64,000 nucleotides of DNA, taken from the IMG/VR virus record IMGVR_UViG_3300049001_000044, positions 186,001 to 250,000 of that record, one strand, 5' to 3'. Below, piece by piece: positions 17,909-25,616 of this stretch. The position numbers were made by a program, and so were the translations under genes. The notes under the pieces were generated by a model, which saw only the letters and a list, made by a program, of their open reading frames with translations, searched no databases and was not told the origin of the DNA. Positions within the stretch are counted from its first letter, which is position 1, and each line of letters starts with the position of its first letter.

Positions 17909-18616
17909 TTACTTGTACTGGGCGTACGTCGTTTCGAGGTAGGTGCGGATAGCATCGCCAGTCAATTGTTCAGTCTGCTGACTTACCCATTCCGCCATGA
18001 AGTGGTTGTCCTCACGAACACCATCCCACTTCTTCTTGTAGTTGCCTTGGCGGTAACCGTTGTCTTGGCGGAACTGATTTAGGATGCTTTTGCCCATGTA
18101 GAGGGCGTGCAGTTGATCGATGTTGAAACCGATCGAATAGCTGAGCAGGAACAGATCGATGAAGACGTGCTCGCTATCGGTGTTGAGCGATGCTTGCAGG
18201 AGTCGGGCAAATTCCAGCGTGTCTTCACCAGATGCGCTAAAGTGATGGTACACTTCAATCGCTTCAATGAGACTAGCCGCAATCCAGTCAGCTGCCATTG
18301 GCAGACTGCCTTTCATGTCGATAATGGCTTGGGACAGCATGAAGTGCATGGCATCGACGATCTCGATGCGGCAGTTCACCATGTCTTGCTCAGCTTTGGA
18401 CCACCAAGGAAGCCAGTACGAGTTGATGAACTCAGCGATCTCTTGCGTTGCTGCTACAGGATAGTGGAACTCACGCGCTGTACCTTTTTCAAACCACTCG
18501 GTCGAGTAGGCTTTGAGGTTCAGTTGCTGCTGGTTCTCCAGCATTTGGAGAACCAGCTCACGTGCGTTTTGTTGGAACTCAGGGGTTTGAATCAGTTCGA
18601 GGGATGGAATAGTCAT
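17909..18616 (-). CDS. dimeric (all-alpha) dUTPase
   Basis: EIVDAMHF, YMGKSILNQFRQDNGY and EDN motifs. Confidence 0.85.
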   Translation of the reverse strand: MTIPSLELIQTPEFQQNARELVLQMLENQQQLNLKAYSTEWFEKGTAREFHYPVAATQEIAEFINSYWLPWWSKAEQDMVNCRIEIVDAMHFMLSQAIIDMKGSLPMAADWIAASLIEAIEVYHHFSASGEDTLEFARLLQASLNTDSEHVFIDLFLLSYSIGFNIDQLHALYMGKSILNQFRQDNGYRQGNYKKKWDGVREDNHFMAEWVSQQTEQLTGDAIRTYLETTYAQYK

Positions 18617-18652
18617 AACGTCCAGAAGATGGACGGCATCCCCTACACGGAT

Positions 18653-18898
18653 TTACTTGGTGTAGATTTTGCCGTCAGGGCAGGAATAGATGACGCGATT
18701 GTCATCTTTCAGGGGTTTGCAGTTCGTGAGATCAGGATGATCCTCCACTCGCTGCGTTGAAACCGGATGGGACGATTCGACTCGCTCGTAACCGTTCTTG
18801 TTGGCGAAATAACCGCTAACGATGGAAGCCAGAATGCCGATGATTGCAACGACGATCATCAGTTCGATCAGGGTAAAGCCACGAGTTTTGTTCATCAT
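18653..18898 (-). CDS. type IV pilin-like protein (prepilin N-terminal cleavage/methylation motif)
   Basis: MNKTRG/FTLIELMIVVAIIGILA. Confidence 0.85.
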   Translation of the reverse strand: MMNKTRGFTLIELMIVVAIIGILASIVSGYFANKNGYERVESSHPVSTQRVEDHPDLTNCKPLKDDNRVIYSCPDGKIYTK

Positions 18899-18936
18899 AA
18901 TCCTCATCAAAAGAAGTTGTGTTGTGCTACAATGAA

Positions 18937-18966
18937 ATTATAGCTTGCGGTGCTTCATACGAAAAC
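18937..18966 (-). promoter_or_regulatory. early-type promoter GTTTTC-N18-TATAAT
   Basis: Repeated motif upstream of the pilin-like gene. Confidence 0.7.
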
Positions 18967-18984
18967 TCAATGTACGTATGCTAG

Positions 18985-19067
18985 GACTTACCAGAGAGGC
19001 CCAGAGATGACAATGATGGAGCGATGTTAGCAATGACATCGCTCCATACGGAGGTCTCAGAGATGCT
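18985..19067. repeat. dispersed ~85-bp element, copy 3
   Basis: GACTTACCAGAGAGGCCCAGAGATG, 12-bp hairpin, GAGGTCTCAGAGATG. Confidence 0.75.
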
Positions 19068-19363
19068 TAGAAGCCTTTGTCGACAAACGAGGAGAGGGGA
19101 GTTGAGGCAGGATAAATTCTGTTGCGGAAGAGGTGGGAGCGGCGCATGTAATCTTCGTAGTGGTACTTCTTGTAGGAGCTGTCATCCCACACAAGCCTGC
19201 GTGATTTGACTTCTACGACTGCACGTCGGCCATTCATGCCGATGAAGCGACCTTGTTTGATCGATACGCTCTTGTAGCGTTCGGCGACTACGATGACAGT
19301 GTCTCCGGGCTGGATGACGTTGCCGAATTCGTTGGTGAAAGAAACATTCGAGATGGTAACCAT
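19067..19363 (-). CDS. hypothetical protein
   Basis: 98-aa ORF with RBS. Confidence 0.65.
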   Translation of the reverse strand: MVTISNVSFTNEFGNVIQPGDTVIVVAERYKSVSIKQGRFIGMNGRRAVVEVKSRRLVWDDSSYKKYHYEDYMRRSHLFRNRIYPASTPLSSFVDKGF

Positions 19364-19454
19364 AAAACTTTTCCTTTGTAAACTATAAACGTTGAAAGTG
19401 CCATCATGTTGGCAAAGTATTTATCTTCGAGCAACATTCAGAAAATAGAAACAA

Positions 19455-19482
19455 CAATGGGCAATCCGAAGATTGCCCATTG
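19455..19482 (-). terminator. intrinsic terminator
   Basis: CAATGGGCAATC/GATTGCCCATTG stem followed by a T-rich tract on the minus strand. Confidence 0.65.
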
Positions 19483-19485
19483 AGG

Positions 19486-19672
19486 GAGGAGTTACCGGAG
19501 TAGCTAAGAAGTTCTTGACATAGCGGTTAGGCCCAACATTCTAACAAGGCAACAGTGAGGTGCGATCGTCGGGACAGTCTAACAAGCCTGGAAGCAAACA
19601 ACTCCAAATAGTTAACCGACGAAACATGCACTTTCCATTAGGAAAAACTTCTATGCAAGCCCGGTAATCCTC
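19486..19672 (-). ncRNA. structured 3' UTR RNA candidate
   Basis: GAGGATTACCGG/CCGGTAACTCCTC closing stem, further alternative pairings, TTGTTAGA twice. Confidence 0.4.
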
Positions 19673-19680
19673 AGACACCG

Positions 19681-20265
19681 TTATACAACGATGTCAAACT
19701 TGTCCAGCAGATCCAGGTCTTCTTGGGACAAATGGATCAGCGTGGTGGTGTTCAGAACGCCGAGTTCTTCGACAATCTTCACGAGGCGTCGTTGTAGCGA
19801 CTTGTTCTCGGTGGTGAGGTTGGCTTCCAACGTGGAAGTAACTGCACCATTCACATCGATGTAGTCGATGGTGCTGTAGCTGGATTGGGTCGGACCATTC
19901 TTCACCATTGCTTCATGGCGAGCTTTTGCGACCTTCACTTCTGCGTCAGAGACAGTGTGGGTGGTAGCTTGCGTCACGATCTTCGCCAGCTCTTTCAGCT
20001 TGGCTTCTTCGTTCATCAGCTTGTTGATGCCCGAAGTTTCGTTTTGGGTTTCGATTGCTTTGCGGATTGCAAAGCGCAGACCGACCAAGTTGACGCTCTG
20101 AACTGCAGCCTTCTCGATCTTGCCCTGCATTGCTTGGACAGTCTCATCGAAGTTCTCGTGCATGGAGACACGGATTTGGTGCTCGTTCAGTTCAGTTGCG
20201 AGCTTCTGTTGCGCAGTCAAAATGCTGCGTTCCAGGCGGCGAGCCTGACGAAGATTGATTTGCAT
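19681..20265 (-). CDS. coiled-coil hypothetical protein
   Basis: 194 aa with biased codon usage and RBS. Confidence 0.75.
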   Translation of the reverse strand: MQINLRQARRLERSILTAQQKLATELNEHQIRVSMHENFDETVQAMQGKIEKAAVQSVNLVGLRFAIRKAIETQNETSGINKLMNEEAKLKELAKIVTQATTHTVSDAEVKVAKARHEAMVKNGPTQSSYSTIDYIDVNGAVTSTLEANLTTENKSLQRRLVKIVEELGVLNTTTLIHLSQEDLDLLDKFDIVV

Positions 20266-20294
20266 GTAGTCCTTTAACAGTTGAACAAGAATTT

Positions 20295-20370
20295 TGGCAG
20301 GGACGGAGGGAATCGAACCCCCAACCTTTGGTTTTGGAGACCACTGCTCTGCCGATTGAGCTACGTCCCT
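20295..20370 (-). tRNA. tRNA-Trp(CCA)
   Basis: Loop CT-CCA-AA, G73, CCA. Confidence 0.92.
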
Positions 20371-20515
20371 AGTGATTAGTGCCGTGTAACTATCGCGGCA
20401 AGGAGACCGATTTCCATCGCAAGTTCAGCGATGGCGAGACAGGAAAAACCGACCATCCCGTCTCCACCGATCATGCGCTCCTTCGCAAAGTACACGAGGA
20501 TTGCTGCGAACAGCA

Positions 20516-20731
20516 TTATGCTGCTGAAGCGACTGCGACTGCGTCTTGACGACGTGGCTTCTTAGCTTTGGAAGCCAGGAATTCACGGTAGGTGTCGAAC
20601 TTCTGGAACCAGGCATTCCGCTTGCCATGGACCGGCTGGGTCTTTGCAGGACCTTTGCCGCCGGCAACGCGCTTAGCGCTCATCTCACGTGCAGCAATCA
20701 TGCGCTTGGCGTTTTTGGTGTTCTTCGACAT
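20516..20731 (-). CDS. small basic protein
   Basis: 71-aa K/R-rich ORF, GGAG RBS, promoter upstream. Confidence 0.65.
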   Translation of the reverse strand: MSKNTKNAKRMIAAREMSAKRVAGGKGPAKTQPVHGKRNAWFQKFDTYREFLASKAKKPRRQDAVAVASAA

Positions 20732-20777
20732 AAAATCTCCTAAAGGGTTTCAAACAAGTGAAAGAGTTGATATGAGA

Positions 20778-20807
20778 ATTATATGCCAGAGGGCATACAA
20801 CTAAAAC
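20778..20807 (-). promoter_or_regulatory. early-type promoter GTTTTA-N18-TATAAT
   Basis: Repeated motif. Confidence 0.65.
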
Positions 20808-20812
20808 TACAT

Positions 20813-21265
20813 TCAGCGGCTGCTGCGCCTTGGGTACTTCGTCATACCATCTTCTCCAAGAACGAAGCGATCGGTTTCGAAGTTCATCTCCCACCAACTA
20901 CAGTTGTAGTGGAAGTGCGCGCTAAATGCTTTGCTAAACCAGTCGTACGACAGGGAGAACTCGTTTAGCGTTTCGAAGACACCATGTTCTTCGTAGGTGG
21001 TGATTGGGATTTCTACACCGTCTTTGGTGTAAGGAGTGATCTTCGGCCTGTCCTCACTCTCACGAAGCGAGAGACTGAATTTGACAGTGCGAAGCGAGAG
21101 ATCATTTGTCACCTTCTCAACAGCCTTCATCTTCTCAATGAGGGCCGGAGGAAAATACAAGATGACATGATCAGGGATTTCCATCTTGAATGCGTCAAGG
21201 ACTTCTTGGCGAAGCTTGTCTGTGTGATCGCCCCAGAGGTCGAACACGTTTACTTTGATTTGCAT
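20813..21265 (-). CDS. hypothetical protein
   Basis: 150-aa ORF. Confidence 0.6.
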   Translation of the reverse strand: MQIKVNVFDLWGDHTDKLRQEVLDAFKMEIPDHVILYFPPALIEKMKAVEKVTNDLSLRTVKFSLSLRESEDRPKITPYTKDGVEIPITTYEEHGVFETLNEFSLSYDWFSKAFSAHFHYNCSWWEMNFETDRFVLGEDGMTKYPRRSSR

Positions 21266-21284
21266 GTAGTAGATAGAGAGAAAG

Positions 21285-21374
21285 TGGCGGAGGATAATGG
21301 AATCGAACCATCACCTGGGGATACCAAGTGGGCGAGCTTTCGAAACTCGTTACTGCCCAGCAGACCTATCCTCC
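21285..21374 (-). tRNA. tRNA-Ser(CGA)
   Basis: Long variable arm, G73, loop TT-CGA-AA, CCA. Confidence 0.8.
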
Positions 21375-21534
21375 ATTTGAATAACAACGCGTCCCCGCTT
21401 TTTGCGTACTTAGCGTTAGGCTTAACGGGAGTAGCCACACTCTCAACATAGCCCGCACGGGTTCTTGCACCTTTGGCAGAGGCGCTCAAGGGACACCAAA
21501 CCAGTCGCGTCACTTAGAGGTTTCGTTGTTAACT

Positions 21535-21624
21535 TGGCGGAGAGCTACGGACTCGAACCGTACCCGACATGAGTCAGGCGATCTGCTTAGCAGGCAGTCC
21601 CACTACCTAAGTGGATAACTCTCC
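21535..21624 (-). tRNA. tRNA-Ser(GCU)
   Basis: Long variable arm, loop CT-GCT-AA, G73, CCA. Confidence 0.85.
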
Positions 21625-21631
21625 AAATTCT

Positions 21632-22201
21632 TTACTTTACTTCCTTATCAACCGGTTCACGATCGATAATCTTGATCTTGTTAAGGTCGAACACAGCGAT
21701 TTCCCAGATGATACCCATATTCTCAGAAGTGTAATCGATGCTTTCGACCGCACCATTCAAACCAAATCGTTTGAATATCTGTTGTGCCTTCCGGTGCCCG
21801 ACGTGGTTAACGACTTCACCGATAAAACCACGACCGTTCTTCAGTGAATTGTGATCGCGCGGCATTGTCTTACGCGTGAAGCCCATGTACTCGGCAATCT
21901 TCTCCATCGTCTCTCTCATCCTGTCGGTTGGGAGCAACATATTGTTGTAGAAGTTGTCTACGTCGATTTCGACGGTGTACATTGTTGCGGTATCTGTGTT
22001 CGCGTGCTTTGCATATTTCTTCGCGAATTGTTTGTTCGTGATGAAGTACATTCCTGGACCAAGGATGCGATAGCCTTCGCCAGTTCCAGAAAACTTCAAA
22101 TCGAAGTCACCATCGAAGGTGTTACCGCAGTGGTATGCGGTAATCTTCTGTCCTTCAATGTTTGGGCGAACATATTCTTCAAATAGCTCTTTGACTTTCA
22201 T
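21632..22201 (-). CDS. ADP-ribosyltransferase-like (ART-PolyVal-type) protein
   Basis: AYHCG...FDLKFSGTGEG...GPGMYF pattern; MKVKELFEE N-terminus. Confidence 0.55.
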   Translation of the reverse strand: MKVKELFEEYVRPNIEGQKITAYHCGNTFDGDFDLKFSGTGEGYRILGPGMYFITNKQFAKKYAKHANTDTATMYTVEIDVDNFYNNMLLPTDRMRETMEKIAEYMGFTRKTMPRDHNSLKNGRGFIGEVVNHVGHRKAQQIFKRFGLNGAVESIDYTSENMGIIWEIAVFDLNKIKIIDREPVDKEVK

Positions 22202-22230
22202 GCTGATCCTTTCTATTAAAGATCAGCTAT

Positions 22231-22809
22231 TTAGAGCCGTTTGAAGCTAACAACCTTCTTCGACTCAAACGTCTGTGACGTGAGCGTCTTGACCATTTTC
22301 TTCTGTTGCTTGATGTTCGGCGGCTGTCCAGTTCCTAACTCATCGTGGGTTAGGATGGCAACCAAGTCGATGATGACTGGGTCTCTGCCCGATCTCTTGT
22401 ACAGAATGCTAATGTCACCAGTGAGGTGAGCGTGAATTAGCCCTGTTTGAACTAGAATACCGCCACTAATGAAGTGCTGGTCCTTTTTACCGAACCTTCC
22501 CATTGGATCGTTCGTCTTGAAGGCGATAAATTCTTGTAGTTTCGAGGTAACGTTTTGGTGTGTTGCGAGGGTTTGATCGAACAGCTTGCATCGGCGAAAC
22601 TGCACAATGTTCGCGCTCTTGATATCAAACTCGTTACCAGCTTTTACTTGGTACTTTGCTTCTCGAAGTTGTTCTAGCAACTCATCACCACTTACTGGTG
22701 ATGAGAACTCGGTTACCAACAGAGCATCAATTAGAACCTTTACATCAAGGCCTTCGTTATTTTGCTCCACATCTTCGATAATGGAGATTTGTTTGAGTAG
22801 GGTGTTCAT
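22231..22809 (-). CDS. protein with C-terminal RelE/YafQ-like fold
   Basis: HAHLTGDISILY...LVAILTHDEL; TATAAATA upstream. Confidence 0.5.
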   Translation of the reverse strand: MNTLLKQISIIEDVEQNNEGLDVKVLIDALLVTEFSSPVSGDELLEQLREAKYQVKAGNEFDIKSANIVQFRRCKLFDQTLATHQNVTSKLQEFIAFKTNDPMGRFGKKDQHFISGGILVQTGLIHAHLTGDISILYKRSGRDPVIIDLVAILTHDELGTGQPPNIKQQKKMVKTLTSQTFESKKVVSFKRL

Positions 22810-22836
22810 AGGATGCCTTTCAAATATGTTGCGACC

Positions 22837-22844
22837 TATTTATA
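22837..22844 (-). promoter_or_regulatory. T4-type late promoter TATAAATA
   Basis: Exact consensus. Confidence 0.6.
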
Positions 22845-22854
22845 CCCAACAATT

Positions 22855-22931
22855 TGGTTGCGGATGGTTGGATTCGAACCAACGACGCACGGGTTATGAG
22901 CCCGCTCTTCTGACCACTGAATTACACCGCA
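22855..22931 (-). tRNA. initiator-type tRNA-fMet(CAU)
   Basis: GGG/CCC in the anticodon stem, loop CT-CAT-AA, CCA. Confidence 0.8.
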
Positions 22932-22937
22932 ATAATC

Positions 22938-23012
22938 TGGTCGGAGTGGTAGGAATCGAACCTACGAGTTCTTGCTCCCAAAGCAAGCGACCTGCCACTG
23001 GACTACACTCCG
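22938..23012 (-). tRNA. tRNA-Pro(UGG)
   Basis: C1-G72, loop TT-TGG-GA, CCA. Confidence 0.88.
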
Positions 23013-23092
23013 ATAAGTAGAGCCCGTAAAGGGGGCTTGTCTCGAGTTCACCAGGGGGGTTGCGACCCTACCCGCACAAATCGTCTATCTAC

Positions 23093-23314
23093 TTAAAACT
23101 TTTTGAAAATGCTATCTAGCCACCACTCTGGAAAGCTGCCATCTTGGTAGAGTTCTTTGATGAACAAAGTACCTAACGCGATGTCTTCTTTCCAACAACT
23201 TACAGTCACGTTTAACCAATGCTTACCGACAAGGTAACCATTCTTTGGGTCAACGTAGGTTCCATACGACTCACTATTGAACATCTGTAAAAGGGCCTCA
23301 TCACTGAAGTCCAA
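23093..23314 (-). CDS. hypothetical protein
   Basis: ORF track (TTG start); the frame is open further upstream without a start codon. Confidence 0.45.
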   Translation of the reverse strand: MDFSDEALLQMFNSESYGTYVDPKNGYLVGKHWLNVTVSCWKEDIALGTLFIKELYQDGSFPEWWLDSIFKKF

Positions 23315-23541
23315 TACATGTTCCCAGTGACGAGCAAAATACTTGTAGAGCTCAGCTTGTCGTCGGAACTTCTTACTTACGCCATTTACTGAATGACGTG
23401 GTTGACCTTTGTTGCGTTTAGCGATGTCATAGCATCCTCCAATGTTGATTGTGAATTTCTTCTGAGGTCGGGCTTTGAACCCGTTACAGCGCTCAACCTA
23501 TGCCGTAGAATTTATATAGCGCTTGGCTTACACTCAAAACT

Positions 23542-23606
23542 TGGTGGTCCCCTTGGCGTATCTTAAAGACCGTCTTTCGACGCTGAACGATAAGGGCTGT
23601 AGGACC
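23542..23606 (-). ncRNA. CCA-ended small RNA candidate, not a cloverleaf
   Basis: GGTCC/GGACC-A-CCA acceptor-like stem, CGTC-GAAA-GACG hairpin, no T or D arm. Confidence 0.35.
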
Positions 23607-23607
23607 G

Positions 23608-23886
23608 TCAATCTACTCTTATGCCGTTCTTCCAGAAGGAACATGCACGACCGGCAAACTCAACTGCTGGACCATCGTCACGGTGTAGCAGACCATTCTT
23701 GTAGTAGGCTTTGTAGCCGTTCACATACTCGATGGCTGGGCCGTCTTCACGATGAAGAACTGCGTCTTGAACAGATTTAGCTTTCTTCGGAAGCTTTGCG
23801 TACTGTTTGTTGCCATTTGCATCGGCGAAAACAACGCGATCACAACCACTGAAGTTTGGCTTACAGATTTCTGTTTTCATATTCAA
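23608..23886 (-). CDS. LHRxDGPA-repeat (MORN-like) protein
   Basis: LHREDGPAIEY and LHRDDGPAVEF repeats. Confidence 0.75.
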   Translation of the reverse strand: MNMKTEICKPNFSGCDRVVFADANGNKQYAKLPKKAKSVQDAVLHREDGPAIEYVNGYKAYYKNGLLHRDDGPAVEFAGRACSFWKNGIRVD

Positions 23887-23895
23887 GTTTTTGTT

Positions 23896-23983
23896 TGGTG
23901 CTGACGGTGAGATTTGAACTCACGTGGGGTTTCCCCTCTGGGTTACAAAGCCAGTGCAATCGGCCGGACTATGCGACGTCAGC
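23896..23983 (-). tRNA. tRNA-Thr(UGU) with a long variable arm
   Basis: GCTGACG acceptor, loop TT-TGT-AA, GGGG-AAA-CCCC variable arm, CCA. Confidence 0.75.
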
Positions 23984-23991
23984 TTAAAATT

Positions 23992-24086
23992 TGGCGGAGA
24001 CGGTGAGACTCGAACTCACACACCCACTCTCGTGAGCCTTCTGCTTTCAAGGCAGCTGCCGCTATGCCGATTCGGCTAACGTCTCC
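23992..24086 (-). tRNA. tRNA-Ser(UGA)
   Basis: Loop CT-TGA-AA, long arm, G73, CCA. Confidence 0.88.
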
Positions 24087-24092
24087 ATGTTC

Positions 24093-24182
24093 TGGCGGAA
24101 GAAGCGAGATTCGAACTCGCGGAGCTTTTTAAGACTCGCCACCTTTCCAAGATGGTGCAATAGGCCACTCTGCCACTCTTCC
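24093..24182 (-). tRNA. tRNA-Ser(GGA)
   Basis: Loop TT-GGA-AA, long arm, G73, CCA. Confidence 0.88.
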
Positions 24183-24192
24183 ACAATTCTAC

Positions 24193-24275
24193 TTAGCTCG
24201 ACGTTCTGGAATCGAACCAGAGTTTTGGCCATCAATCGTCTGCTCCGCGAAAAGCAAACTACCCCGTCGAGCTAA
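24193..24275 (-). ncRNA. tRNA-like RNA with an 11-bp terminal stem and T-arm, no CCA
   Basis: TTAGCTCGACG/CGTCGAGCTAA; TCTGG-TTCGATT-CCAGA. Confidence 0.5.
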
Positions 24276-24282
24276 AAAGAAT

Positions 24283-24372
24283 TGGTACCCACAGTGAGAT
24301 TCGAACTCACAATACGCTTTCGCGGCTCCTCGTTCTGAGCGAGGCGACTCTACCAGATTTGTCCATGCGGGC
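24283..24372 (-). tRNA. tRNA-Leu(CAG)
   Basis: Loop CT-CAG-AA, long arm, CCA. Confidence 0.9.
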
Positions 24373-24374
24373 AT

Positions 24375-24450
24375 TGGTCTCTCGGGATGGATTTGAACCA
24401 CCGACCTTTCCCACTCGAGGTGGGCTGCTCTTACGCCGAGCTACCGAGAG
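24375..24450 (-). tRNA. tRNA-Arg(UCG) with C33
   Basis: Loop CC-TCG-AG, CCA. Confidence 0.7.
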
Positions 24451-24452
24451 TT

Positions 24453-24533
24453 TGGTGGGGAAGGAAGGTTTCGAACTTTCGACCTCTTCGATGTGCGCAC
24501 ATTCAAAGCGCTCTACCACTGAGCTACTCCCCC
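24453..24533 (-). tRNA. tRNA with an enlarged anticodon arm (13-nt loop); identity unclear
   Basis: Normal acceptor, D and T arms and CCA; loop AATGTGCGCACAT. Confidence 0.6.
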
Positions 24534-24552
24534 TACGTTAAGAGCACTTTGT

Positions 24553-24627
24553 CTGGGTGGCTGGATTTGAACCAGCGACCTCCCACTTCCAAGGCGGGCC
24601 GTCTGACCGGGCTGACAATACACCCAG
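24553..24627 (-). tRNA. tRNA-Pro(UGG) without encoded CCA, inside a 21-bp terminal stem
   Basis: Loop CT-TGG-AA; flanks 24539-24552 and 24628-24641 are complementary. Confidence 0.75.
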
Positions 24628-24862
24628 ACAAAGTGCTCTTACGCATACAACTTGATTACTACAGAAGGAGCCCGCGCTCAACCTCCTGTTCATCAAATTG
24701 TTTCGCTGCATTTCAGCAGCTCATCAGTGCGTTTAATTTACCACGAACATAGTGAAGAGAATCGAACTCTCCATCCCTGTCGAAGGGGACATTCCAATCC
24801 TTGCTACTTGTCTCGATCCTTCCAACCACTGTCGAGAACCCATTGGGTAGGGTGGTAAAACT

Positions 24863-24949
24863 TGGTGCGGATAAGAGGACTCGAACCTCCACGGCCTTTC
24901 GGCCACAGCGACCTCAACGCTGCGCGTCTACCAATTCCGCCATATCCGC
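24863..24949 (-). tRNA. tRNA-Leu(GAG)
   Basis: Loop TT-GAG-GT, long arm, CCA. Confidence 0.9.
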
Positions 24950-24960
24950 AGTAGACAGTA

Positions 24961-25025
24961 ACCAACAAAGTAAGTGTTCGAAGGGGTAATCGTTAAAAGG
25001 GATAACCTTCGATCGTCCGGTTGGT
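24961..25025 (-). ncRNA. Y RNA-like element Y1 (minimal)
   Basis: ACCAAC-CG-GACG-ATCGAA-GG-TTATCC...CC-TTCGA-..CTTT-GTTGGT. Confidence 0.65.
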
Positions 25026-25031
25026 ATAACT

Positions 25032-25118
25032 TGGTGCGTACTGTAGGATTCGAACCTACTCAGCCAAAAGGCAACAGGGTTACAGCCTGCCACGACTCTC
25101 CCACTTCGTCGCGTACGC
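25032..25118 (-). tRNA. tRNA-Tyr(GUA)
   Basis: Loop CT-GTA-AC, long arm, CCA. Confidence 0.85.
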
Positions 25119-25125
25119 AATGTTT

Positions 25126-25211
25126 TGGTGCATGCAGTAGGAATCGAACCTACTCACCCAGAGGGAACGGATTTACAGTCCGCTGCGACTCTCCAACTTC
25201 GCCGTGCATGC
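25126..25211 (-). tRNA. tRNA-Tyr(GUA)
   Basis: Loop CT-GTA-AA, long arm, CCA. Confidence 0.88.
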
Positions 25212-25222
25212 TAAGAATTCGA

Positions 25223-25300
25223 TGGTCCGGGTAGAAGGATTCGAACCTTCGACCCCCTGCTCCCAAAGCAGGTGCGCTAACCAGACTGCGCTACACCCGG
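25223..25300 (-). tRNA. tRNA-Pro(UGG)
   Basis: Canonical, CCA. Confidence 0.92.
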
Positions 25301-25304
25301 ATAT

Positions 25305-25373
25305 TGACAACAAAAGATAAGGTGACGGAGAGGTTTTCGCAAAATGAAGGTAACCATCACCGGTCGGTTGTCA
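25305..25373 (-). ncRNA. Y RNA-like element Y2 (minimal)
   Basis: TGACAAC-CG-ACC-GGTGAT-GG-TTACC...CC-GTCACC-TTATCTTTT-GTTGTCA. Confidence 0.7.
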
Positions 25374-25410
25374 GACTTTCTAGATGGCTTCTAAGGCCAT
25401 CTGAAACAGA

Positions 25411-25543
25411 AATTTGTAAGAGCAACAAAAAGTGCCGTCGGGCATTGTCCACCTTAACCATAGGACATGTAGGAATCGAACCCACTCGGTTTTTATTTCC
25501 ATTAAAAAGATAACCAACTAGCTAGCGGTTACTCTTACAAATT
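25411..25543 (-). ncRNA. Y RNA-like element Y3 with T-arm and D-like hairpin
   Basis: 16-bp terminal stem, CG bulge, GG-TTATC, GTGGG-TTCGATT-CCTAC. Confidence 0.7.
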
Positions 25544-25572
25544 GCTGCTTCGTTGCTACTGAAGAGAAGTAA

Positions 25573-25601
25573 ATTATACAACGCTTTGTACTACTGAAAA
25601 A
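25573..25601 (-). promoter_or_regulatory. early-type promoter GTTTTC-N17-TATAAT
   Basis: Repeated motif. Confidence 0.6.
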
Positions 25602-25616
25602 CTGTAAGTTCGTTTT

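Noticed and set aside
23461-23540. tRNA-like remnant (CGGG-TTCAAAG-CCCG), or an amber-readthrough extension of ORF 23093-23314
   Set aside because: The cloverleaf is incomplete. The upstream open frame has no start codon or RBS on either side of its TAG.
24745-24812. Possible tRNA with T-arm GAGAG-TTCGATT-CTCTT
   Set aside because: The acceptor, D and anticodon arms do not pair convincingly and there is no CCA; at most a remnant.
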